A DNA stretch of 64,000 nt, from NCBI RefSeq assembly GCF_009914755.1, contig NC_060941.1; one strand, written 5' to 3'. The notes beneath the pieces were generated by a model that searched no databases, had not been told where the DNA came from, and saw only the letters and a list, made by a program, of their open reading frames with translations. The first letter of the stretch is position 1. Every line of letters starts with the position of its first letter. The position numbers were made by a program, and so were the translations under genes. The stretch comes from the human T2T-CHM13v2.0 reference genome, Homo sapiens. This document shows positions 43,977 through 55,938 of the stretch, one piece after another.

Positions 43977-45274
43977 GTGAGTTGAAGGGGTCATTGGGAA
44001 GGACAGCTTGATGAGGTCAATGGGATGTCCCCACTTCTGTGTCCTGGGAGTGTGCAGTTGGGGGGTGTCCCTGAAGTTGCTGCTCTTCTTTCTCTGTGGA
44101 AGTTGGCAGCAAGCAGGGACACCTACCACAGTTTCCCCACAGGTCCTCCCCCATAAATGTGCAGGGCTCCCTCAAACCAGAGGTCCCCTCCTGCCTCAGC
44201 TCCTTTCCCTGTCTCTATCCTCCAGCTGGCAGGGCGTACGCCTGCTCTGCCACCGCTGCCCAGGTTGCCATGGTGAGCTGGCTGCCGACTGGCTCTTGGC
44301 TGGGGACCCAGGAGGCCTCCCCCGGCGGCCCTGCCTGAACCTCACCATGGCAGCCTGGCAGGAGGCAGTTAGGAGCAGGCACCCTGCCTTAGCTTCCCCT
44401 TCAGGTGCCCGGGCTGTGGGCTCCCCAGTGTCTGGCTGGATTTCCCCATCCTCACGTTAGGTGCCAGGGTGCAGGTATACCTGGTCCTTAGCAGCCCTGC
44501 GCCCGGCTTCTCCTCCTTTCCCTGGGGCCTGAGCCTCTGTGTGCGTTTCTTCCTCCAGAGATTGGGGCTCAGAATCTTCACAGCTTTGGGCCTTGCAGCT
44601 CTGGGCTGCTCTTCAGCCTGGAGTAGCTATCCCCAGATGTGGGACGGAGGTCAAGGGCAAAGCACAAGGACTCAGGCTGTGTGTCTGCCTGTCCTGTCTG
44701 GTTGTTCCTGGTCTGTTCTTCCTCTGTCCGCCTGTCCCTCTGGTCAGCCTGTATGTGGAGCCCCTGGCCAGCCTGGGTCTGTGTCTGTGATGGGTCGGTG
44801 CACACCTGTCTTGGTGAACTCACATCTTTCTGCCTTGCTCCTGAGTGCATGTGTGTGTTCGCCTCCATTTCTCTGGCCAGCCCGTGTATCTGCCTCCTGG
44901 CCTCTTCGGGCTTGTCTTCTTTTCCTGTGTTCTGAGTTCAGGGGTGTGGGTTCCAGATCCCTGGCTGTTGCCCAGTTAGCCCCATGTCTTCCTATTTCTG
45001 ACTCACCAGCAGCCCTGAGGTCTTTTCCCTGGAAGGGAGGAGTCAGGTGTGTGCTGTGGGTTGGGGGAAGACTCCTGCCCATCCTGCAGTGTTGAGGCAG
45101 GTACTGGGATTCTCCTGAGGAGGATCCTTTTAGGTGAATCATTCTCCCCAGCTTTTCTGGCCTGCTCAGGTAGGCGATGGGCAAACGCTTGGGGGCAGCA
45201 GCTGGCCTGGCCCTCCTCCCCTAGACTGAGACCGTAGCCAGGCACTGCTCCCACTGTGGGTGTGGACAACCTGA

Positions 45275-45493
<219 letters not shown>

Positions 45494-46466
45494 TAAAGAC
45501 CAAGGGAGCAGGGCTCTGTGGATGTTTGTGCACATGCATGAACACGCATGCCGTGGTGTGCGGGCTCACGGTTGAGGATGGTTTGTGTGTAGCTGCAAGG
45601 ACCTGTTTGCGAGTCTGGCTGGCTGTGTGTCCACGGGCAGGTCTGTGCTCCGGGACCGTGTATGTGTAACCATTCCTGTTTCTGCACGTCTGGCTGTGTG
45701 TGCTTGCGTATGTGTGTGTGTGTGCATGCTCCAGGATGGCTTTCTTCCAGGCCGTGCTTGGTTTTGGGGTGGGGCTCAGAGGCATAGGCAGTCCCTTCTG
45801 ATTGTGAGTCTTAGGGGAGGGGCTTGAATTCTGAGGGGTGCTTGGCTGGACTTATGTGTGTATGGGGGGGTGGAAGGGCTGGCACAAGGATCCAAAAGCC
45901 ATTGTCTAGTTAAGCCTGGGATTCAGAGTTGGAAGAAAGAATTGGGACTTCTCAGATCCCAGAGGAAACGGGGTTTCCACTTTGGGCTCAGCTGAGGCCT
46001 GATGGAGGGAGGGAGGGAAAGGCTGGACAGGGAGACCCTCTTGTGTTGAATCATGGGTGTTGCCATGGTGACCGGTGATTGATGATGTCAGAGATAAATG
46101 ACGCTGACAGACGCCTCCTTGTCTGCGTGGCCGTTGCCATGGAGCCTGAGCCTTGGGGGATGGGATGGGGGAGGGGGCTGCAGGACCCCCTAGCCCTTTG
46201 TGGGGAGGGCAGTGGGGAGGGGGCACGGGTGAGATGGTTCTGACTGTTGCACGAAGAGCCCCAGACAGGAATGGAGGGGACTGGAGTGTCCTGCCACAGG
46301 AGGCTGGGGGTGCCTTGTCCTGAGCCCAGGAAGTGGCTCCTGCTGCAAGAGTGGGTGACAACTCAAGACCCACAAGCCTGGAACCCTTCGCTTAAGGGCT
46401 GTCACCTCCTCCTCTCTGTTTGTGCCACCTTCTGCTCTTTTCATGGCAGAAGGACCAGGGAGGGGA

Positions 46467-46516
46467 CCCCTTCTCCCTCCCACCGCCAACTCCCCTTCTC
46501 CCTCCCACCGCCAACT
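46467..46516. repeat. Perfect 25-bp tandem duplication CCCCTTCTCCCTCCCACCGCCAACT
   Basis: Units 46467-46491 and 46492-46516. Confidence 0.9.
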
Positions 46517-47421
46517 CCCCCTCTCCCGGCTGCTCTGTGCCCCGGAGCTGAGCAGCTGCCATTTCAATAGAATTAAAGCTTCCGAATGATAAACGTCTTG
46601 TCACAGCTGCAATTTTCTCTTCCCAAATTATCCCCCCACTCTCCCTCTCCCTCTCCCTTCTCTCCCCTGCACTTTATTGAATTTGCAGAATCGACATGAG
46701 TGATCTCCAAATTATGCCAGCTACCCCCACCTCGCTACCCCCTCCCTGAGCCCCTCCCCCACCCTCCCTTCCTCCCGCGTCAGCAGCCACCACCACCAGC
46801 CCTGTGAGTGATTGTGTGTCTGGATAATCGGCTGGTAACGACCCCATCGCTTCTTTAAAGCCGAGTGGTGTGTGCGGCTCAGCGCCCCTGGTGATTTGTC
46901 AGCTCCCCAGCTAATGGGCCAAGAGATTCTCCCCGCCAGGTCCCCCACTCTCAGGCTGGGGAGCCCTACTCCCCACTTGCCCCAGGAGCTGCTCAGAGCC
47001 AGTCCCAAGGGACCCCCAGGGAGACTGCAGCTGGGAGGGCTGGGTGAGTGGAGGCGGGAGAAGGACCTTCCTGGGGAAAGAGGAGGCAGAGCACCTAGGA
47101 GGGCACCGTCGCCTGGAGTGTGAGCTGGAGTAGACGCGTGGGGGATAGCATGCGGCTGGCTATGGGGTGGGGTGGGGGGTGTGTGCAGGGCCACAGCTGT
47201 GCTCATGGGGCTTCTGGGGCAGAACTTGATGTGTGGGTTGGGTGGGCATGGAGGGCTGGAGTGCGTGGCAATGCCTTGCCTGCCCGTGAACGCGTGCTGT
47301 GTGCGCGTGCTTACAAGCCTGGGTGACCTCCTCAGCAGCTGGCAGCTCTCTGTCAGGCTGGGGGTGGACGAGGCCCTGAGCAGCCTGCAGCTGCCCTCTT
47401 AACCCCCTCTGCCCTCCACAG

Positions 47422-47582
47422 CTGTGAGAAACGACCGAAACAAGAAGAAGAAGGAGGTGCCCAAGCCCGAGTGCTCTGAGAGCTACACGCTGACGCCGGA
47501 GGTGGGGGAGCTCATTGAGAAGGTGCGCAAAGCGCACCAGGAAACCTTCCCTGCCCTCTGCCAGCTGGGCAAATACACTACG
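47422..47582 (+). CDS. RARA: RARA exon 5 (hinge/[14 protein letters not shown]...LGKYTT)
   Basis: CCACAG|CT ... ACG|GTATGG, 161 nt. Confidence 0.98.
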
Positions 47583-47842
47583 GTATGGCTTTCCCCCGGC
47601 CTGCAGGGTGGGATTTGCCCAGGGCCACAGGGCCAGGATGGGCCCCTCTCAGGCACCCCTTCTTGTGCCAGGCAAGATCTCTGCGTCCTTCCCTTCCCCT
47701 CTCTTCTCCCTCCTCCTGCTGCCTCTTCCCAAGGAGCTCCCAGGAAGTGAAGGCTGGGTAGAGGGCAGGCCTGTGGGGGCTGGAGCCAGGCTGAGAAGGG
47801 GTGCCATGGAGAAGAAGGCCCTCACTCTCCCTCCTCCCCCAG

Positions 47843-48019
47843 AACAACAGCTCAGAACAACGTGTCTCTCTGGACATTGACCTCTGGGACAAGTTCAGTG
47901 AACTCTCCACCAAGTGCATCATTAAGACTGTGGAGTTCGCCAAGCAGCTGCCCGGCTTCACCACCCTCACCATCGCCGACCAGATCACCCTCCTCAAGGC
48001 TGCCTGCCTGGACATCCTG
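47843..48019 (+). CDS. RARA: RARA exon 6 ([13 protein letters not shown]...KAACLDIL)
   Basis: CCCCAG|AAC ... CTG|GTGAGG, 177 nt; LBD signature FAKQLPGF..L...DQITLL. Confidence 0.98.
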
Positions 48020-48305
48020 GTGAGGGTCTGCACCCTGGCCCCCAGGCACTGCCCCTGTGTCCTGGGTAGATGTCCTTCCAGCCAGACAGCCACCCTCCTA
48101 AATGTCTGTCTGCAATCAACCTGTCCAAATGCCCACCGCCCAAATGTCTGCCCTTCCTCTCCCCATATGTCCACCTGTCCACTCGTCTCCCTGTCCACTC
48201 AGCCACCTAGCAGCCAGATGTGCAGGAGCTCACCTGTTCACCCATACACATATCCAGCCACCCAGCCATCCATCCATTTAGCCAGTAATAAAGATTCACG
48301 TAGGA

Positions 48306-48440
48306 GCCAGGTGCAGTGGCTCATACCTGTAATCCCAGCACTTTGGGAGGCCGAGCGAGGCAGGAGGATCACTTGAGGCTGGAAGTTCAAGACCACCCTG
48401 GGCAACATAGTGAGACCTTATTTCTGCAAAAAACTAAAAA
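48306..48440 (+). mobile_element. Free left Alu monomer (FLAM-like)
   Basis: Single arm flanked by TSD AAAGATTCAC(G/C)TAGGA. Confidence 0.88.
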
Positions 48441-48961
48441 GATTCACCTAGGATCCTCTGGCCAGTGTTCGAGCTGGGTGTCAGGAACCCAGCGGTGAAT
48501 GCACCACCATCCCCTCTCTTGAAAACCTTCCATGTGAGGCAAGAGATAAGTCAACAGAGGTTGCAAAACTGTGATCAATGCTTCCTGGAGATTGGGGGAG
48601 GGCTTGTGACTGCTTGGGCCTGAAGGATGATGTCTCAGAGGAGGTGACATCTAGGGGTTTGTAGAGGGGGAGGTGAGAGGGTAGCCCTAACTCAGGAGCA
48701 GGAAGTGAAAGACTTGCTGCTGTGAGGCCATGCTGAGCTCAGGGGACTGCCGGGCACTCGGTGAGGTGAGCCCGAGGGTAGACTGGGCTGGAGGCTGGAT
48801 GCAGGGGGTGGGGGCAGGAAGAGGTGGTGGGAACTGCCAAAGCCTAGGCTGGAGGGAGCACTCTCCTTCCTGCTGTCCCTGACAAGGGCTCGGTCCACCT
48901 GTTCCCTCTTGGTCACCTCCAGGGTGGGGAACCTGGGATTTGACGAGACTGTCATTTCTTT

Positions 48962-49226
48962 TTATGTTTTTCTTTTTTGAGATGGAGTTTCACTCTTGTC
49001 ACCCAGGCTGGAGTGCAGTAGTATGATCTTGGCTCACTGCAGCCTGCAACTGCTGCCTCCCGGGTTCAAGCGATTCTCCTGCCTCAGCCTCCTGAGTAGC
49101 TGGGATTACAGGCACCCGCCACCACACCCGGCTAATTTTTGTATTTTTGTAGAGACGGGGTTTCACCATGTTGGCCAGGCCGGTCTCGAACTCCTGACCT
49201 CAGGTGATCCTCCCGCGTGAGCCGGC
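48962..49226 (-). mobile_element. Alu with 5' internal deletions
   Basis: TSD AGACTGTCATTTCT on both sides. Confidence 0.9.
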
Positions 49227-49496
49227 AGACTGTCATTTCTCCATGGGCACCTCTGAATGTTGAGGCGGGTGATGGGTGGGAGGTTTAGATTGTGCTGCCT
49301 GCAGGGGCTCCCATCCCCATGCCGTGGATGCAGGAGGTGCCGTCTGGGTTCCTGCAACCACATTCAAGCCAATACACATTTACTGAGCGCTTGTTGTGTA
49401 CCTCATCCTGGGAGCTGTAGGCAGCAGCCCAGTGTTCCTTAGCTCCTAGAAATTCTAGGTCCCCTCTACATTCTTTGCATGTAGGCAGGATGACCT

Positions 49497-49703
49497 GGAC
49501 CTGCACTATCCAGTACAGTAGCTGCTCACCACATGTGACTCTTTAAATTTAAATTAATTAAAATTAAACTCAATTCAGTTCCTCAGTTGCATTAGCCACA
49601 TTTCAAGTACTCAGTAGACGCATGTGGCTGGTGGCTGAGGTATGGATGGTGCAGACGTAGAACCTTTCCATCATTGTAGAAAATTCTATCAGACAGCATT
49701 GCT
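49497..49703. mobile_element. MER3-like hAT-Charlie DNA transposon
   Basis: TTAAATTTAAATTAATTAAAATT...TAGCCACATTTCAAGT...ATGTGGCTGGTGGCT. Confidence 0.75.
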
Positions 49704-49813
49704 CCGGCCACCTGCCAGGTGGTCCTCCGGGAGTGCTGGTGCGGAGTGCTGGTGCCGAGTGCTCAGAGTGGGTTCGGGTTCAGTCCCTGAACCCAAGCAT
49801 CCTCTGCACCCAG

Positions 49814-50018
49814 ATCCTGCGGATCTGCACGCGGTACACGCCCGAGCAGGACACCATGACCTTCTCGGACGGGCTGACCCTGAACCGGACCCAGATGCAC
49901 AACGCTGGCTTCGGCCCCCTCACCGACCTGGTCTTTGCCTTCGCCAACCAGCTGCTGCCCCTGGAGATGGATGATGCGGAGACGGGGCTGCTCAGCGCCA
50001 TCTGCCTCATCTGCGGAG
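49814..50018 (+). CDS. RARA: RARA exon 7 ([17 protein letters not shown]...AICLICG)
   Basis: CCCAG|ATC ... GAG|GTGGGC, 205 nt. Confidence 0.98.
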
Positions 50019-50269
50019 GTGGGCAGGGGGCCTGGGTCTGGGGGCTGGGCTGGGACGGGGGTGCAGCCCTGGAGTCTCTTCCAGGGAGCTCTTTCAGGCC
50101 ACCTCTGTTAGGTATCTCTAGAGGGCAGGGTCTGGTCTGCAACTACACAGCAAGGGGGCCATGTGGGGCCTGGACTCCTGTTCCCGATTTCTGGGCAACA
50201 CCCCTTCTAGGGAGGTTAAGAGTGAGGGTTTGAGGGTCGGACCAACCAGGGTCACCTCCTGGCCGATGC

Positions 50270-50430
50270 ATGACCCTGAGCAGGTTGCTGAACTTCTCTG
50301 GGCCTCCGTTTCTGTACAGTGGGGGCGGTAACGGTCTCTAGCTCATGAAGTTGATGGGAGGATTACGGTGGTAACAGATACTGTGCAGGTGCCCAGAGCG
50401 AGCTCCAGTGCTTGTTAGTTGCTATTTTAT
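50270..50430 (+). mobile_element. MIR fragment
   Basis: TGACCCTGAGCAGGTTGCTGAACTTCTCTGGGCCTCCGTTTC. Confidence 0.65.
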
Positions 50431-50774
50431 TGTTGTGATTTCTGCCATTTCATCTGGTTTCCAGAATAACAGGGGGGAGTGGGAGCCTGCCTGGGAACCC
50501 TCTCCCTGCTTGAGGATGGCACTGCCCATTTGGGGTCCCATCCCACTAACTGGGCTCAGGGAGGGTTTGGGGCACCCCCTCACCCTCAGCTCCCGTTGCT
50601 CCCTTTTAAGGGCCTCTGTACCCTGCGGCAGCAGAGACCCCATGCCCTGCCCTGTGTGGGGAGGCGCCTGCGAGCTGCCCTCCTCCATGGCCTGGGCAGG
50701 CACGCCCCCCGGTGGCCGAGGCTGGGGGTGCAGCTGTGTTCCCAGCTGCTCAGGGGGTGGTTCTGCTTCCTCAG

Positions 50775-50933
50775 ACCGCCAGGACCTGGAGCAGCCGGAC
50801 CGGGTGGACATGCTGCAGGAGCCGCTGCTGGAGGCGCTAAAGGTCTACGTGCGGAAGCGGAGGCCCAGCCGCCCCCACATGTTCCCCAAGATGCTAATGA
50901 AGATTACTGACCTGCGAAGCATCAGCGCCAAGG
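50775..50933 (+). CDS. RARA: RARA exon 8 ([14 protein letters not shown]...LRSISAK)
   Basis: CCTCAG|AC ... AGG|GTGAGG, 159 nt. Confidence 0.98.
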
Positions 50934-51520
50934 GTGAGGCTCACAGACCTGGAGGGGTACCGGCCCCCGACACCTGGCCCAGGCCCCCACATCCAAGCCA
51001 GCACCCCATGTCTTTGTGCCAGGACAATACGACACCTGTCCCCATCTGTGTCTAGGCTGAGGTCCCCTAGTGACTCCACTTTGCCGAGGTGGCCCGCCTG
51101 TGTCACCTTTGTGTGGTAGTTCAGATCGTGGCTCTGGAACCAGACACGTGGGTGTGTGTCCTTGTGTGGGTCACTCAACAGCTCCTAGCTACAGTTTCCC
51201 TTCCGAGGGCGGGGATAACATTCGTGTTTACAGAGGGGTCGGGATGATCCCTAGCACACAGCACAGGGGAAGGAAGGGCTTGGCGTCTAGCCCAGGCCGG
51301 CAGTCTGGCCCTGGAGCCGGAGTTCGGGACCACTTTGCCCCATTGCCACCAGCCTCTGGACCTGGGGGCTTAAGAGAGCTGGCTCGTGTCAAAGAACTGA
51401 ATCCCAAGAAAGATGCTAATATCAGCAGTATTGATCTTCCCACCTCGAGCCAGGCTTGCTGGGGCTGGGGGTGGGAGGGCTGGCCCAGCGTGCTGACCTC
51501 TGCCCCCTCCTTTCCTGCAG

Positions 51521-51738
51521 GGGCTGAGCGGGTGATCACGCTGAAGATGGAGATCCCGGGCTCCATGCCGCCTCTCATCCAGGAAATGTTGGAGAACTCA
51601 GAGGGCCTGGACACTCTGAGCGGACAGCCGGGGGGTGGGGGGCGGGACGGGGGTGGCCTGGCCCCCCCGCCAGGCAGCTGTAGCCCCAGCCTCAGCCCCA
51701 GCTCCAACAGAAGCAGCCCGGCCACCCACTCCCCGTGA
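51521..51738 (+). CDS. RARA: RARA exon 9 coding part (helix 12/AF-2 PLIQEML and F domain, stop TGA)
   Basis: CTGCAG|GG; 218 nt; exon lengths sum to 1389 nt = 462 aa plus stop. Confidence 0.98.
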
Positions 51739-53134
51739 CCGCCCACGCCACATGGACACAGCCCTCGCCCTCCGCCCCGGCTTTTCTCTGCCTTTCTACC
51801 GACCATGTGACCCCGCACCAGCCCTGCCCCCACCTGCCCTCCCGGGCAGTACTGGGGACCTTCCCTGGGGGACGGGGAGGGAGGAGGCAGCGACTCCTTG
51901 GACAGAGGCCTGGGCCCTCAGTGGACTGCCTGCTCCCACAGCCTGGGCTGACGTCAGAGGCCGAGGCCAGGAACTGAGTGAGGCCCCTGGTCCTGGGTCT
52001 CAGGATGGGTCCTGGGGGCCTCGTGTTCATCAAGACACCCCTCTGCCCAGCTCACCACATCTTCATCACCAGCAAACGCCAGGACTTGGCTCCCCCATCC
52101 TCAGAACTCACAAGCCATTGCTCCCCAGCTGGGGAACCTCAACCTCCCCCCTGCCTCGGTTGGTGACAGAGGGGGTGGGACAGGGGCGGGGGGTTCCCCC
52201 TGTACATACCCTGCCATACCAACCCCAGGTATTAATTCTCGCTGGTTTTGTTTTTATTTTAATTTTTTTGTTTTGATTTTTTTAATAAGAATTTTCATTT
52301 TAAGCACATTTATACTGAAGGAATTTGTGCTGTGTATTGGGGGGAGCTGGATCCAGAGCTGGAGGGGGTGGGTCCGGGGGAGGGAGTGGCTCGGAAGGGG
52401 CCCCCACTCTCCTTTCATGTCCCTGTGCCCCCCAGTTCTCCTCCTCAGCCTTTTCCTCCTCAGTTTTCTCTTTAAAACTGTGAAGTACTAACTTTCCAAG
52501 GCCTGCCTTCCCCTCCCTCCCACTGGAGAAGCCGCCAGCCCCTTTCTCCCTCTGCCTGACCACTGGGTGTGGACGGTGTGGGGCAGCCCTGAAAGGACAG
52601 GCTCCTGGCCTTGGCACTTGCCTGCACCCACCATGAGGCATGGAGCAGGGCAGAGCAAGGGCCCCGGGACAGAGTTTTCCCAGACCTGGCTCCTCGGCAG
52701 AGCTGCCTCCCGTCAGGGCCCACATCATCTAGGCTCCCCAGCCCCCACTGTGAAGGGGCTGGCCAGGGGCCCGAGCTGCCCCCACCCCCGGCCTCAGCCA
52801 CCAGCACCCCCATAGGGCCCCCAGACACCACACACATGCGCGTGCGCACACACACAAACACACACACACTGGACAGTAGATGGGCCGACACACACTTGGC
52901 CCGAGTTCCTCCATTTCCCTGGCCTGCCCCCCACCCCCAACCTGTCCCACCCCCGTGCCCCCTCCTTACCCCGCAGGACGGGCCTACAGGGGGGTCTCCC
53001 CTCACCCCTGCACCCCCAGCTGGGGGAGCTGGCTCTGCCCCGACCTCCTTCACCAGGGGTTGGGGCCCCTTCCCCTGGAGCCCGTGGGTGCACCTGTTAC
53101 TGTTGGGCTTTCCACTGAGATCTACTGGATAAAG

Positions 53135-53140
53135 AATAAA
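53135..53140 (+). terminator. RARA: RARA distal poly(A) signal AATAAA (3'UTR 51739-~53156)
   Basis: Canonical hexamer in a U-rich context ~1.4 kb after the stop. Confidence 0.85.
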
Positions 53141-53581
53141 GTTCTATTTATTCTACACATGCCTCCAGCCTTGCTGCCTCCACCCCCTCCTCTTGGCGTC
53201 TGGTCTGGGGGCTTGGGATGGGTTTCGTCATGTGCTCTGGGCCTGTGATGGCCAGGAATGAGCACTGGGGCCAAGGGGCTGGCCAGGGCACCCTTCCAAG
53301 CTGCCTTCTGAGGCTTACCTTGTGCTGGGGTCTTTGGAGATGCTGAGAAGGAGAAAGTCCTGCCCCTTGGGAAGCCCTCAGTCTGGGGATCCACACTGCC
53401 CATGTCAAGGAGCCCCAGTCTGGGAGTGGGAGAGAAGAGGAGGAAAGCTGCCCCCACCTTCAGGGAACCCCCAGTCTGAGGGAGGAAGCCGGAGCCACCC
53501 CTAGACATTTCTGGTCCTTGGGAAGCCTTCACCATCACGGCAGGAATGACAGATGGCACAGGAGCTGGGGTCAGGGACTCA

Positions 53582-54163
<582 letters not shown>

Positions 54164-54167
54164 TTAA

Positions 54168-54182
54168 CCACCAGGTGGCGGC
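54168..54182 (+). promoter_or_regulatory. Candidate CTCF site CCACCAGGTGGCGGC
   Basis: Matches the CCASYAGRKGGCR core; lies in a small CpG-rich patch. Confidence 0.65.
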
Positions 54183-54569
54183 AGCGCCTTGCTTGACTCA
54201 CCGGCCGCCCTAGGCTGGAGGCAACCGCGGGGACCGAGGCGCTTTTCCTCCAGTAAATATTTTCTAACATCTTTACGAGTCTGAAATGAAATCTAACATA
54301 CTGTACCTGTACACGTGATTTCACAGATCAATATGTTGTCACAACCGTATTATAAAGGATAAATTGAGGGGCAGTGCTATGTGTTTCAATAGATTAATGC
54401 TTGCCCCTCTTTTGAATGAATACATTTGGATTTAAAAGAAGGTTGGAAGCCATTCTGTACAAGAAGCCCAGGAACATTAAAGAGCATGGGTGGATGTTGG
54501 AATAAAAATCGGCATGTTTGATCTATAATAAAACAATGCAAAAAAAGCCCAAACAAAACCCTTAATGGT

Positions 54570-54888
54570 TTTTTCTTTATCTTTTCTTTTCTTTTATTTT
54601 TTGAGACAGAGTCTTGCTGTGTCACCCAGGCTGGAGGGCAGTGGCGCAATCTCGGCTCACTGCAAGCTCCGCCTCCCGGGTTCACGCCATTGCCATTCTC
54701 CTGCCTCAGCCTCCCCAGCAGCTGGGACTACTGGCACACGTCGCCACACCCGGCTAATTTTTGTATTTTTAGTAGAGACGGGGTTTCACTGTGTTGGCCA
54801 GGATGGTCTCGATCTCCTGACCTCATGATCCGCCCGCCTCGGCCTCCCAAAGTGCTGGGATTACAGGCGTGAGCCACCGTGCCTGGCC
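54570..54888 (-). mobile_element. Alu (AluY-like)
   Basis: TSD CAAAACCCTTAATG. Confidence 0.93.
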
Positions 54889-54983
54889 TCAAAACCCTTA
54901 ATGTTTTACATGTAAAACAGGGTTTGGGCCCAGGGTTTTCACTTATGCCAATGTCCAGTTGGACATTCTAAAGTTGTGCCTGA

Positions 54984-55297
54984 GGCTGGGCGCAGTGGCG
55001 CAAGCCTGTAATCTCAGAACTTTGGGAGGCAGAGGCTGACGGATCACTTGAGTCCAGGAGTTCAAGACCAGCCTGGGCAACATGGTGAAACCCTGCCTCT
55101 ACAAAAAAAAATACAAAAATTAGCCTAGCCTTGTAGTGTGCATCTGTGGTGTCAGCTACTTGGGGGGGGGGCTCAGGTGGGAGAGTTGCTGGATCCCTGG
55201 AGGTTGAGGCTGCAGTGAGCCGTGATAACACCACTGCACTCTAGTCTGGGCAACAGATGGAGACCCTGTCTCAAAGAATAAAAATAAAAACAAAAAA
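54984..55297 (+). mobile_element. Alu (AluJ-like)
   Basis: TSD AAAGTTGTGCC. Confidence 0.9.
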
Positions 55298-55502
55298 GTT
55301 GTGCCAAGCAGGTTTTTATTTCAAGAGGATATCTTGACGTCCATAGCCCTTGCCCACTAAATGCCAATGGGGTCCCCCATCATTGTGAAAACAAAGCAGT
55401 GGCCCCCACATTTACAAAATGCCCCTTGGGGTAGTGCCTTTGCTGTTTGGAACCTCTAGTCTTGGGGTTGTCCTCAGTGGTCCACAGTTCACTGCTGTCG
55501 AG

Positions 55503-55716
55503 CAGAGTTGCTCAGCTTCAGCACCAATGTGAAGATCTGAGCCAGGTTGTGGGGGCTGTCCTGTGCATTGCAGGATGCTAAGCAACATCTCCAACCTTCC
55601 GCCCATGAAACCCTAGTGGTGCTTCTCTCCCACCCCAGCTGTAACAACCAAATATGTCTCCAGACACTGCTAAACGCCCCCCTGGGGGGCAAAATCACCC
55701 CCATGTGAGATCCACT
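55503..55716 (-). mobile_element. MER20 DNA transposon
   Basis: AACAACCAAATATGTCTCCAGACA...CCCCTGGGGGGCAAAATCACCCC. Confidence 0.8.
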
Positions 55717-55938
55717 GCTGTGGAGTGTGGTCCTCCAGGGCTGATGTGCTTTGCACTGAGCCAGGGCCCATCCTCCGCAGAGAGACTGAGCCAGAGGAAG
55801 GTGACCGGGATGCCACCTGGGCAGAGCTGCAACAGGCTTGACAGGCCTACGGGAGTGCAGGGCAGAGGCACTGAATCACGCTTGGGGCAGGGCTCAGAAG
55901 CCTTCCTGGAAGAGGTGGCCTCTCTCAGCTAAATCTCT

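Noticed and set aside
47578-48198. 206-aa minus-strand ORF (and similar ones at 45221, 49780, 51228)
   Set aside because: Antisense shadows of RARA coding exons
48020-48376. Exon 6 read-through with intronic AATAAA at 48287-48292
   Set aside because: The hexamer overlaps an Alu TSD and cleavage would precede the in-frame stop at 48376, giving a non-stop RNA; weak as an isoform
54260-54540. AT-rich segment possibly from an old transposon
   Set aside because: Could not assign a family by eye
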